NCBI GenBank assembly: GCA_965230965.1
Contig: OZ246401.1
Coordinates: forward strand, 53,199 to 117,198
Length of the DNA: 64,000 nt
Reading direction: 5' to 3'
Origin: an uncultured Gammaproteobacteria bacterium
GTDB taxonomy: Bacteria > Patescibacteriota > Microgenomatia > UBA1406 > HO2-37-13b
A program made the translations under genes and the position numbers. The number at the start of each line of letters is the position of its first letter. Positions within the stretch are counted from its first letter, which is position 1. The notes beneath the pieces are model-generated. The model was not told the origin of the DNA. It worked only from the letters and a program-made list of their open reading frames with translations, and did no database searches. Of the stretch, positions 20,545-28,616 are shown in pieces.

Positions 20545-21644
20545 ACCAAGATAAACTTGCTATCGTATATGATTGGATGGATTCTTCAGGAGGAGCTGAG
20601 AGGGTTTTATCAGTGTTTGCAGAAATGTTTCCCAATGCAGATTGGTACACACTCGTACATAATCCCATGAATGCAAAATGGTCACGAGGACTTCACATTA
20701 ATACATCTTTCATTCAAAAATTACCCTGGTTTATACGACATAATAGAAGATTAACTTTACCACTTATGCCGTTTGCTACCGAAGCCTTCAAGTTGAATAA
20801 TTATTCATGGGTACTATCAATTACGTCCGCCTTTTCAAAAGCTGTGATTACGCGACCAGAAACTAAACATGTTTCATATGTGCTGTCACCACCTCGATAT
20901 TTGTGGTCGCACCAAAAAGAATATAGAACAGGTTCGTTTATAATGAAGCCGTATGTTAATTACTTGAAAAACTGGGATTATATTGCTGCGCGGCGTCCAG
21001 ATGAGCTCGTAGCAATATCACCCGAGGTCGCCGCGCGAATTAAAAAATACTACAATTTAGAAGCAGAAATTATCATGCCGCCATTTGAATATGGTTATTG
21101 GTCTAATCTCATCGAAAAACCTACAGCCTCCGAAGAGAAAAAAGATAGACCATACCTTTTGGTTTCGCGGCTCGTTGATTATAAGCGCGTCGATCTCGCG
21201 ATCGACACCTTTAAACAATTGCCGTCGCAGCGACTGATTATTGTCGGCGACGGCAGGCAATACACCGCACTTAAACGCCGTGCTCCTAGTAATGTAGAGT
21301 TTTCACAACATGTATCTGATGCCAATCTAGCAGCACACTATAATTCCGCAAAAGCTTTAATAATGCCACAACGTGAAGACTTTGGCTACGTAGCATTAGA
21401 GGCACAAGCTTGTGGCTGCCCTGTCATCGCATATAAAAAAGGTGGTGTTACTTCAACGGTACTTGAGAACGAAACTGGATTATTTTTTGAATCTCAAACG
21501 ACAGAATCCCTCCTCAAAGCCCTTGATAAATTTAATGAGATTGAGTACACTATAAGACGTTCCTTGGGTAAAATTGCTGAAAGTCATCTTTCTCAATTTT
21601 CTTCCGAGACATTTAAGAAAAAATTTACTAAACTATTATCATGA
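20541..21644 (+). CDS. glycosyltransferase family 4 (GT-B)
   Basis: 367 aa. MPQREDFGYVALEAQACGCPVIAYKKGG. ATGA overlap upstream and SD AAGGAAA. Confidence 0.8.
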   Translation: MNQDKLAIVYDWMDSSGGAERVLSVFAEMFPNADWYTLVHNPMNAKWSRGLHINTSFIQKLPWFIRHNRRLTLPLMPFATEAFKLNNYSWVLSITSAFSKAVITRPETKHVSYVLSPPRYLWSHQKEYRTGSFIMKPYVNYLKNWDYIAARRPDELVAISPEVAARIKKYYNLEAEIIMPPFEYGYWSNLIEKPTASEEKKDRPYLLVSRLVDYKRVDLAIDTFKQLPSQRLIIVGDGRQYTALKRRAPSNVEFSQHVSDANLAAHYNSAKALIMPQREDFGYVALEAQACGCPVIAYKKGGVTSTVLENETGLFFESQTTESLLKALDKFNEIEYTIRRSLGKIAESHLSQFSSETFKKKFTKLLS

Positions 21645-22729
21645 AGGCAGTAATTTTCGCTGGAGGTGTTGGGACTCGTCTCTGGCCACTCTCAAGAAAG
21701 AACGCTCCAAAGCAGTTTATGGGTATTGTTGGTGACAAAACAATGCTACAGCTTTGTATTGACAGACTTACTCCTGGCTTTGATATTGAAGATATTTATA
21801 TTACCACTGGAGCACAATTTGCTGGAGCAGTCAAAGAACAGCTTCCCAAAATAAAAGACGGAAATATTATTTCTGAACCTGCTACGAGAGACGTTGGGCC
21901 AGCTGTTGGTCTTGTAGCTGCGCTCCTTGCAAAAAATAGCCCACACGAACCTGTTGCCCTCTTATGGGGAAGTGATCATCTTGTTAAAAAGGAGGGCTAC
22001 TTTAGAAGAGTGCTTAAATCTGCTGGAGAGCTTATTGAAAAAGACCCTAATCAAATTATACTTGTCGGCCAACAGCCACGCTTTGCAAGTCAAAATTTAG
22101 GCTGGATATCATTTGGTTCAAAAGTAAAAGAACATAATGAAGTTGAGTTCTATCAGCTTAATGGGTTTAAGTACCGCCCTGATCCAGAAACAGCTGACAA
22201 ATTCTATAAGGATGGCAAGCATGCATGGAATTTGGGTTACTGGGTCACATCAGCAGGTTTCTTATGGTCACTTTTTGAACAATTTGCTCCTGAGATATAT
22301 GAAAAACTCCTTAAAATTCAAGATGCATATGGCACAGATCAATATCAGCAGGTTCTAGAAGAAATATACCCAACCATTGAAAAAATCTCTTTTGATAATG
22401 CCATCGTAGAAAAGATGGACTTCAGCAAGGGTCTAGTTGTTTCAGCTGATCTAGGTTGGAGTGATGTTGGTGCATGGGAAGCACTAAAAGAAGCTCTCGA
22501 AGAAAATAAAGAGGCAAATGTAACACGTGGAAGAGTTATAGTTGAAGATTCTGTAGACAGTCTTGTATATAATTACGAGGACAATAAACTTGTTGTTGGT
22601 ATCGATTTAGACGACTTGCTTGTAGTTAACACAAACGACGTGCTCCTCGTAACTAAAAAAGAGTCTGTTCCTAAAATCAAGAAATTTGTTGAATCACTTG
22701 CTGGAACCGAACACGAAGACCTCACCTAA
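21641..22729 (+). CDS. manC: mannose-1-phosphate guanylyltransferase (NTP-transferase family)
   Basis: 362 aa. MKAVIFAGGVGTRLWPLSRKNAPKQF N-terminal signature. Size and layout match ManC/CpsB-type enzymes without the isomerase domain. Confidence 0.8.
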   Translation: MKAVIFAGGVGTRLWPLSRKNAPKQFMGIVGDKTMLQLCIDRLTPGFDIEDIYITTGAQFAGAVKEQLPKIKDGNIISEPATRDVGPAVGLVAALLAKNSPHEPVALLWGSDHLVKKEGYFRRVLKSAGELIEKDPNQIILVGQQPRFASQNLGWISFGSKVKEHNEVEFYQLNGFKYRPDPETADKFYKDGKHAWNLGYWVTSAGFLWSLFEQFAPEIYEKLLKIQDAYGTDQYQQVLEEIYPTIEKISFDNAIVEKMDFSKGLVVSADLGWSDVGAWEALKEALEENKEANVTRGRVIVEDSVDSLVYNYEDNKLVVGIDLDDLLVVNTNDVLLVTKKESVPKIKKFVESLAGTEHEDLT

Positions 22730-23252
22730 GCTTCAAATTTGTGAGCTGCTTAATAAAGTCATATGGATCAAAGTTGGGTTGCTTTTGCGTGGCATCATCA
22801 ATATATCCCAAATCCATAAGCGCGGTATTTAAGTAGGCTTCTTCATTCTGTGGCCCCACATGTTCATTATTATTCAATTCTTTAAAATATGACAAAGTCA
22901 GATCGTACAGTTGAGATTCTGGTGCATTTTCAGGAAGGATTTTTTGCAACAATTGAAGTGCCACATACATTTTTTGCAATCTCAAGGGATCATCCTTTAT
23001 CTTCGAATAACCATAAATAAGCTCTGTTTCTGATAAAAATAATCTGTCATCTTCATTTCTATATGAAAACGAAATATAGTTGCCTGTTTCAAGATGTGAG
23101 AGGCGACGGCTTGTTATAGTACGAATGCCGTATGCAAAGATGTTAATCTTCCCGCTATGTTCAGAAAAAATATTGAGAGAAACGTTCTGATTAGGAAGGC
23201 GGTGTTTTTTAAGGACTATGCCTTTATCGCTTCCATGCTTCAGCGATTTCAT
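22722..23252 (-). CDS. recO: RecO-like DNA repair protein (short form)
   Basis: 176 aa. N-terminal OB-fold-like pattern GIVLKKHRLPNQNVSLNIFSEHSGKINIFAYGIRTITSRR followed by a helical region. Weak, pattern-based call. Confidence 0.5.
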   Translation of the reverse strand: MKSLKHGSDKGIVLKKHRLPNQNVSLNIFSEHSGKINIFAYGIRTITSRRLSHLETGNYISFSYRNEDDRLFLSETELIYGYSKIKDDPLRLQKMYVALQLLQKILPENAPESQLYDLTLSYFKELNNNEHVGPQNEEAYLNTALMDLGYIDDATQKQPNFDPYDFIKQLTNLKLR

Positions 23253-23262
23253 GAGAAGTTAA

Positions 23263-25212
23263 CTATCTATTTGAGCCGTATGTAAGGTCTCTTACTAATG
23301 TTGTGTTAAGAATTTTCTTTCCATTTAAAGAAGCAGTGAATGCATGTCCTTCTGTGCCCGGTTGTTTCTGGACGAGAAGCTTATAGTCGGCCTTACTCTT
23401 AACCTTAAATGGCAATGTATAAGATACCCTGACAGTTGCTTTACCCATAGGCTGTACGCCAAGGAATCCTTCAAAGACGGTCTTCCCGAGCTCGTCGTAG
23501 GTGAGTGTCTTCTTTTCGGATCCTGTGAAAGAAATAAGTTTACTTCCCTCAGGAACATATATGCGAAGCCAGTTGCGGAGTGTTGCGTTAATACAAAGTC
23601 CACCTACACCAAGTTGATCACTATGCTCAAGACTACAATTTGAATGCTTAAAAGGATTTTTATAGTTAATAGTGATCGTTCTTGTCACTGTTCCATCACC
23701 AGCAATATTTGTTTCAGAATCTATTGCGTGTTGTACAAAAAGATTAGACTTCGCTCCAGCAAAATTCGTATCATTAATATGCAAATAATCACCCTCAGTA
23801 TCTTTCAAGCGTCCGGCGAAATTCAAGGCAACGAGTGAATCTTGAATCTCCTTGTCCTTCATTTCCATCAAGATGTGCTTCTCATTCAAATTCTTCATAA
23901 GAACCTCTTGCGCGAGTTGACCCCAATATTTACTTGGTGAAAAGCCAAGGGCCTTTTGCATGATCGCGAAAAGGAGATCGCCCAAGATACCTTTTCTATC
24001 AGCCTTAATGTAAGCCACTGGACGATCAACCTCATCAAGAAGCTTATATATAGCTTGTGGACAATCACAGCGCTTATCAATCGTTGCTGAGAAGTTTGTG
24101 CCACGAACCTGTGTGTCTCCAAGAATTTTAAGAGCATCAATAAGCACATAGGTATCCATTGCGATAATACCGTCGTACTTAACCTTTTGGCTACTCATTT
24201 GATAAAGCTCATCAAAAAGCTTATTTGATTCAACAAAGTCTGGAGACAAGTTACTATCACGAATAAAGAATTGACTCACACCTTTATGATATGCAAGAAT
24301 CTTCTCTGGCGCTTTAGGGTGCTTTGCAATAGCAGCATCGAGGGAATAAATATCATCTGATTTTGCAACTTGAAACTTTCCTTTATTAATCTTGAAAATT
24401 GCATAGGCAGTCAGGAAACCACCGGTTGGACGAAGCTCCTTATCATTCATAAAGAGCACGAGGTATGTCTTCTCCTCTTTAGCTCCTAAAAATTCAGGAA
24501 GATTTTTCAAAAATGGTTTTGCATCAACAAAAAGTGAGGCAACGCCATCAAACTGAGAAATTCCTTTTTCGATCGTGTTGCGAACTTTTTTACCTTTGTA
24601 CGTTTCTGGATAACGATTTGGATCAATCTTGTCGATTCTCGTGCGAGCTTTATCAATATCTTCAGCAATAGCATCTACATCCTCAACAATTGAATCAAGT
24701 GTTAAGACGGCTGTTTGAAGTCTTTCTTCTGCTGGTTTTTCGACAAATGAGGTATCTTTTCCTTTTTTAAATCCAATAAGATCAGCGTGCGGCTCAATAG
24801 CTGCGATTGTTTTCTTTGCTGCACTAATTAAATAGCCGCCAGCATCAACACCATTATTTAAATCTTTGCCATAATTGCCCAAAAAAGGAATAGGCTTTAT
24901 CCAATAAATTTTTTGAGCTTCTTTCTTAAACGCATTAAATTTGACCTCTGTAGTATCCAATTCTTTTTGCATTTTCTCAAGGTCGTTTTCTTTAAACGCA
25001 GCGTTTACCAATTTTCCAGCCTCTGCAACTTCTTTTGCCTTGGCCTGCATGCTCAAAGCTGGCTTATATATACCAAAATAGCCAAGTAGGCCCATACAAA
25101 TGATCAATACAAGAAAGATGACACCCAACGAACCAACCTTTTTCTTACTCAAGGATAATTTAAATCCTGATTTTCTTCTGAATGATTTTTTCTTTTGAAG
25201 TAATCCCATCAT
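23263..25212 (-). CDS. DUF4012-like large extracytoplasmic protein with N-terminal anchor
   Basis: 649 aa. Basic tail plus one TM (VIFLVLIICMGLLGYFGI), then a large exported domain. Sits directly downstream of a polyprenyl-P sugar transferase, as DUF4012 genes typically do. Based on recalled similarity, not a search. Confidence 0.5.
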   Translation of the reverse strand: MMGLLQKKKSFRRKSGFKLSLSKKKVGSLGVIFLVLIICMGLLGYFGIYKPALSMQAKAKEVAEAGKLVNAAFKENDLEKMQKELDTTEVKFNAFKKEAQKIYWIKPIPFLGNYGKDLNNGVDAGGYLISAAKKTIAAIEPHADLIGFKKGKDTSFVEKPAEERLQTAVLTLDSIVEDVDAIAEDIDKARTRIDKIDPNRYPETYKGKKVRNTIEKGISQFDGVASLFVDAKPFLKNLPEFLGAKEEKTYLVLFMNDKELRPTGGFLTAYAIFKINKGKFQVAKSDDIYSLDAAIAKHPKAPEKILAYHKGVSQFFIRDSNLSPDFVESNKLFDELYQMSSQKVKYDGIIAMDTYVLIDALKILGDTQVRGTNFSATIDKRCDCPQAIYKLLDEVDRPVAYIKADRKGILGDLLFAIMQKALGFSPSKYWGQLAQEVLMKNLNEKHILMEMKDKEIQDSLVALNFAGRLKDTEGDYLHINDTNFAGAKSNLFVQHAIDSETNIAGDGTVTRTITINYKNPFKHSNCSLEHSDQLGVGGLCINATLRNWLRIYVPEGSKLISFTGSEKKTLTYDELGKTVFEGFLGVQPMGKATVRVSYTLPFKVKSKADYKLLVQKQPGTEGHAFTASLNGKKILNTTLVRDLTYGSNR

Positions 25213-25224
25213 AACTAGACAAAC

Positions 25225-25878
25225 TTATACGGCCCCTTTTCCTGAAATCATTGCCCAAGGGGTCTTTAAAATAATTTTAAGATCTTGCCACAATGACATA
25301 TTATCCACATATTGGGCGTCTATTGCAACCCTTTTGTCGAAATTTACATCCGACCTGCCTGACACCTGCCATAAGCCAGTAATGCCAGGTCGCACAGATA
25401 AAACCTTTGTTACAAGCTTCTTTGTTTCTGGGTATTTTTTTTGCTGTTCCTCAAGCTCATCAGGGTAGTATGCTCGTGGTCCAACTATGCTCATCTCACC
25501 CTTCAATACGTTTAAAAATTGAGGAATTTCATCTATCGAATGTTTACGAATATACCGCCCTACCGGCGTAATGCGTGGATCTCTTTTCAATTTATAACTG
25601 CCACTTTTATATTGTTCATATAACTTGGCAAAATTCTTATCTTCACGTAGCATCTGATGTGCATTGAGTATCATTGATCTAAATTTATACATTTTGAATG
25701 GCTTTTGATCTTTTCCGATACGGTTTGGCACATCAGCAAGGACTGGTCCGTCACTAGTTAACTTAATAAAAATTGCAGCTATGAGTGAAATCGGGAGAAA
25801 AAGTATGCTAATGATGAGTACGAGTGCAATGTCGAGCCAGCGTTTTATATATAAATGATATAGCTTTCCTTTAAGCAT
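25225..25878 (-). CDS. polyprenyl-phosphate sugar phosphotransferase (small monotopic Bac_transf / PGT)
   Basis: 217 aa. N-terminal membrane helix plus motifs YKFRSM, DEIPQFLNVLKGEMSIVGPR, RPGITGLWQVSGR. Confidence 0.9.
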   Translation of the reverse strand: MLKGKLYHLYIKRWLDIALVLIISILFLPISLIAAIFIKLTSDGPVLADVPNRIGKDQKPFKMYKFRSMILNAHQMLREDKNFAKLYEQYKSGSYKLKRDPRITPVGRYIRKHSIDEIPQFLNVLKGEMSIVGPRAYYPDELEEQQKKYPETKKLVTKVLSVRPGITGLWQVSGRSDVNFDKRVAIDAQYVDNMSLWQDLKIILKTPWAMISGKGAV

Positions 25879-25885
25879 ACCCTGT

Positions 25886-25894
25886 ATGATATCA
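25886..25894 (-). promoter_or_regulatory. candidate extended -10 promoter (TGaTATCAT), 7 nt upstream of ATG 25878
   Basis: The minus strand reads ctttaTGATATCATacagggtATG. Confidence 0.4.
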
Positions 25895-25924
25895 TAAAGC
25901 CCGTGGCTTAAAAAGGTCGTGTCT

Positions 25925-25932
25925 TGTATAAT
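25925..25932 (+). promoter_or_regulatory. candidate -10 promoter (TGTATAAT), 10 nt upstream of tRNA-Pro
   Basis: tgtataat at 25925-25932. The same octamer precedes tRNA-Glu. Confidence 0.45.
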
Positions 25933-25942
25933 AGACGATACT

Positions 25943-26019
25943 CGGGGTATAGCTCAGATGGCTAGAGTGCGCGCTTTGGGAGCGTGAGGTCGTGGGTTCG
26001 AGTCCCGCTACCCCGACCA
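25943..26019 (+). tRNA. tRNA-Pro (anticodon UGG), CCA encoded
   Basis: Hand-folded cloverleaf. Acceptor stem CGGGGTA/TACCCCG with C1-G72 and discriminator A73 (bacterial tRNA-Pro hallmark). Anticodon arm CGCGC-TTTGGGA-GCGTG. T arm GTGGG-TTCGAGT-CCCGC. Confidence 0.92.
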
Positions 26020-26028
26020 GATTAAATC

Positions 26029-26532
26029 ATGATAACCTGCGAATTTGAAGACGGCGGTAAAGGAAAACTTCGACATGTAACTGTCAATGCCCTAGTCATA
26101 AAAGACGACAAAATTCTCCTTGGAAAACGTGGCACTCTTGCAAACGGCAAGCCACTGGATGAAGCTGGAAAATGGTCTTTGCTCGGCGGTTTCATGGGAA
26201 GGGATGAAAACCTTGAAGAGGGATTGCGAAGGGAAATTATGGAAGAAAGTGGTTGGAAAGTCGACAAGCTCACCTTATTGCATATTAAAGACAACCCTGA
26301 TCGATCTGCAGAAGACCGTCAAAATATTGAATTCGTATTCTTCGCTCAAGCAACAGAAAAAACTGGAGAAAATGATTATGAGGTAACAGAACTTGAGTGG
26401 TTTGTATTTGATGCACTGCCCGCCAAAGAAACTGTAGCCTTTGATCATTATGACGATCTAGTTCTTTATCAAGATTACCTTTCAAAGAAAATTGAGGCGC
26501 TTCCTTACCTTGGCAAATATAAAAGTGACTAA
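26029..26532 (+). CDS. NUDIX hydrolase
   Basis: 167 aa. Nudix box GGFMGRDENLEEGLRREIMEESGW. ATG lies 9 nt after the tRNA-Pro CCA. Confidence 0.85.
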   Translation: MITCEFEDGGKGKLRHVTVNALVIKDDKILLGKRGTLANGKPLDEAGKWSLLGGFMGRDENLEEGLRREIMEESGWKVDKLTLLHIKDNPDRSAEDRQNIEFVFFAQATEKTGENDYEVTELEWFVFDALPAKETVAFDHYDDLVLYQDYLSKKIEALPYLGKYKSD

Positions 26533-27162
26533 TTATTTTCGCTTCACAAGGAAATATTCTTCTTTGGGCAATTGATTTAGATCTTTAAAACATTCTTTCA
26601 TATCCTTTTCTTGTGATCCGTGACAAAGTACAGATTGCATACGCTCATTCCACACATCAGAAACATCTATAACCTCATCAACCTCATCTTTTTCGTAGCC
26701 AGATGGGAAATATATAAAATAGTCTTTAATCATTGATCGATAGATATTGCTGATGCAGTAATACCAGAGCTCACTTACATACTGTAACTTATAGAAAAGA
26801 TATGTTGTAATCATGGATGTTGCTACGTGATCAATGTGTCCTGTTACGCCACGCATTTCGAATGTTAGAAGTTTTTGTGGTTTAATTTCTTCTAGTAATT
26901 TTTGGCAAGCATCAGCTATTTCATGATAAATATCATTACAAAGCTCACCATCGGCGAAACGTAAAAAATAAACTTTCTTAATACCCAACAATGCAGAAGC
27001 GTCTTTTAGTTCTTGTTCTCGAACGGTTGGTTCACCAGCTTTATCTCCAGAAGTGACACATATTAAATAGACGTTATTGGTTTTTGCGAACTTTGCAATT
27101 GTCCCGCCAGGACCAAACGATTCATCATCGGGATGGGCGAATATAGCAACGATTTCTGACAT
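26533..27162 (-). CDS. PIG-L/LmbE family N-acetylglucosaminyl deacetylase
   Basis: VAIFAHPDDESFGPGGT signature, later HIDH. ATG 27162 (MSEIVAIF) preferred over the track start at 27186. Confidence 0.8.
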   Translation of the reverse strand: MSEIVAIFAHPDDESFGPGGTIAKFAKTNNVYLICVTSGDKAGEPTVREQELKDASALLGIKKVYFLRFADGELCNDIYHEIADACQKLLEEIKPQKLLTFEMRGVTGHIDHVATSMITTYLFYKLQYVSELWYYCISNIYRSMIKDYFIYFPSGYEKDEVDEVIDVSDVWNERMQSVLCHGSQEKDMKECFKDLNQLPKEEYFLVKRK

Positions 27163-27186
27163 ATGTATATTATAATATATGTTCAA

Positions 27187-27259
27187 GGCTGGGTAGCTCA
27201 GTGGTTAGAGCGGTCGTCTCATAAGCGACAGGTCGGGAGTTCGATCCTCCCCCCCGCCA
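27187..27259 (+). tRNA. tRNA with CAU anticodon (elongator Met or lysidine-modified Ile2); CCA not encoded
   Basis: Hand-folded. Acceptor GGCTGGG/CCCCGCC with one U4-C69 mismatch. Anticodon arm GTCGT-CTCATAA-GCGAC. T arm GGGAG-TTCGATC-CTCCC. It lacks the initiator features (no C1-A72, no three G-C pairs closing the anticodon stem). Confidence 0.85.
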
Positions 27260-27268
27260 CCCTCACAC

Positions 27269-27297
27269 TTGCTCATCATGCTATAGTTTGATATACT
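27269..27297 (+). promoter_or_regulatory. candidate promoter of micro-gene cassette C
   Basis: -35 TTGCTC (27269-27274), 17-nt spacer, extended -10 TGaTATACT (27289-27297). Starts 10 nt after the tRNA. Confidence 0.5.
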
Positions 27298-27343
27298 TAT
27301 AGCTCCTACAACCGGTAGGAAGCACCATACATCGAGGCATACA

Positions 27344-27535
27344 ATGAAAAGTCCTGCTCGACTTCGCCAAGACGGAGGCAAGCTTTTGATCGTTACGGCT
27401 AGCTCCGGCATAATTAACATCTACCTAACGAGATCAGGAGGCCAGACGCATAAGTCGTACGAAGCAGCTTCGTTCAATTCGGAATCTGATGCTCGGACGC
27501 ACGCCGAAAAGTATGGCTACATCATCGTCAAATGA
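27344..27535 (+). CDS. small GC-rich hypothetical protein (cassette C, 63 aa)
   Basis: SD GAGGCA 6 nt before the ATG, with its own promoter and a GC hairpin downstream. The C-terminal pattern F-N-S-E-S-D-A-R-T-H-A-E-K-Y-G-Y-I-I-V resembles the C-termini of ORFs 43274 and 43616. Confidence 0.45.
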   Translation: MKSPARLRQDGGKLLIVTASSGIINIYLTRSGGQTHKSYEAASFNSESDARTHAEKYGYIIVK

Positions 27536-27551
27536 GGCCAAACGGTGCTAC

Positions 27552-27578
27552 AACCCCGGCGCCACTGGCGCCGGGGTT
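27552..27578. terminator. GC-rich perfect hairpin between convergent genes
   Basis: AACCCCGGCGCC / GGCGCCGGGGTT arms (12 nt each) around a 3-5 nt loop. The U-tract is weak, so it may act as a transcript-end or stability element for cassette C and/or tsaD. Confidence 0.5.
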
Positions 27579-27583
27579 CATAT

Positions 27584-28615
27584 TTACGATAGTTCTGCCC
27601 TCGCACTTCGCTGAACTGAATCCAGATCTTTTGCTTGACTATTTAAACCTTTAAAATAAGCTGCAACACCGATCATTGCCGCATTATCACCATATAATTT
27701 TTTTGAATAAGGAAGGTAAATAGGAATGTTGCTTTGTTTTGCTGTTCTTCGCAGCATATTTCTCATGTATTTGTTTGCCCCAACACCACCACCAACGAGA
27801 ATTGATGAGACTCTATATTGACTAAGCGCCGCTCGAAGCTTCACATCAATACTTGTAAAAACAGTTTTTTGAAATGACGCTGCCAAATCAGACATATGTT
27901 CGATCCGTGTATCGTCACCCATTTCCTGCACTGCATATAAAAGCGCAGTTTTTATACCTGAATAGGAAAAATCGAGATCCTTGCTATGTAGCATAGGAAT
28001 GGGAAGTTTAAGAAAGTTTTCATCACCTTTTAATGCAAGTTCTTCAATCACAGGACCACCAGGATAAATATGCTCATTCAATATGATACGTGCAGCCTTG
28101 TCGAGGGCTTCTCCTGCAGCATCATCACGTTTTTTTCCGATTACCTGATATGAGCAATGATCTTCCATGTATACCAATTCAGTATGTCCACCAGAAACAA
28201 GAACAGCCAGACATGGGAACGCTATGTTGTTTTCAGGTTTTCCTTTTGAATTTTTTGCAAAAGAAGAATAAATATGACCTTCCATATGATTGACAGGAAT
28301 AAGAGGTTTATTATGTTGAACAGCCAGCTCTCTCGCTTTATTAATACCTACGCCAAGAGCAATGGCAAGACCAGGTCCAAATGTTACGGCAATTGCATCG
28401 ATTTGATCAATAGTTGTGTGTGCACTTTTTAATGCTTTTTTAACAACCTCATCAATATGCTCCTCATGATTTCTTCGTGCAATATCTGGGACTACTCCGC
28501 CAAATTGTTTGTGCATTAAAATTTGTGAGTAGGTTATATTCGAAAGAATGATATCTTTATCCGTCACAGCTGCAGCCGTTTCATCACACGATGTATCTAT
28601 AGCAAGAATTTTCAT
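27584..28615 (-). CDS. tsaD: tRNA N6-adenosine threonylcarbamoyltransferase
   Basis: 343 aa. Kae1/TsaD motifs ILAIDTSCDETAAAV, VNHMEGHIY, LVSGGHT, VGGGVGAN. Confidence 0.93.
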   Translation of the reverse strand: MKILAIDTSCDETAAAVTDKDIILSNITYSQILMHKQFGGVVPDIARRNHEEHIDEVVKKALKSAHTTIDQIDAIAVTFGPGLAIALGVGINKARELAVQHNKPLIPVNHMEGHIYSSFAKNSKGKPENNIAFPCLAVLVSGGHTELVYMEDHCSYQVIGKKRDDAAGEALDKAARIILNEHIYPGGPVIEELALKGDENFLKLPIPMLHSKDLDFSYSGIKTALLYAVQEMGDDTRIEHMSDLAASFQKTVFTSIDVKLRAALSQYRVSSILVGGGVGANKYMRNMLRRTAKQSNIPIYLPYSKKLYGDNAAMIGVAAYFKGLNSQAKDLDSVQRSARAELS

Positions 28616-28616
28616 A

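Noticed and set aside
27205-27420. 71-aa minus-strand ORF from the track
   Set aside because: It runs through the tRNA(CAU) gene and the cassette C promoter and 5' UTR. Its Pro/Gly-rich stretch is just the complement of the tRNA. No start signals. Treated as a shadow ORF.
27430-27470. GAAGCAGC / CAGGAGGCC strings reminiscent of the SRP (4.5S) RNA domain IV motif
   Set aside because: No GNRA-capped helix or symmetric/asymmetric loop arrangement can be drawn around them. The region has a clean SD plus a 63-codon ORF. Treated as a chance resemblance.
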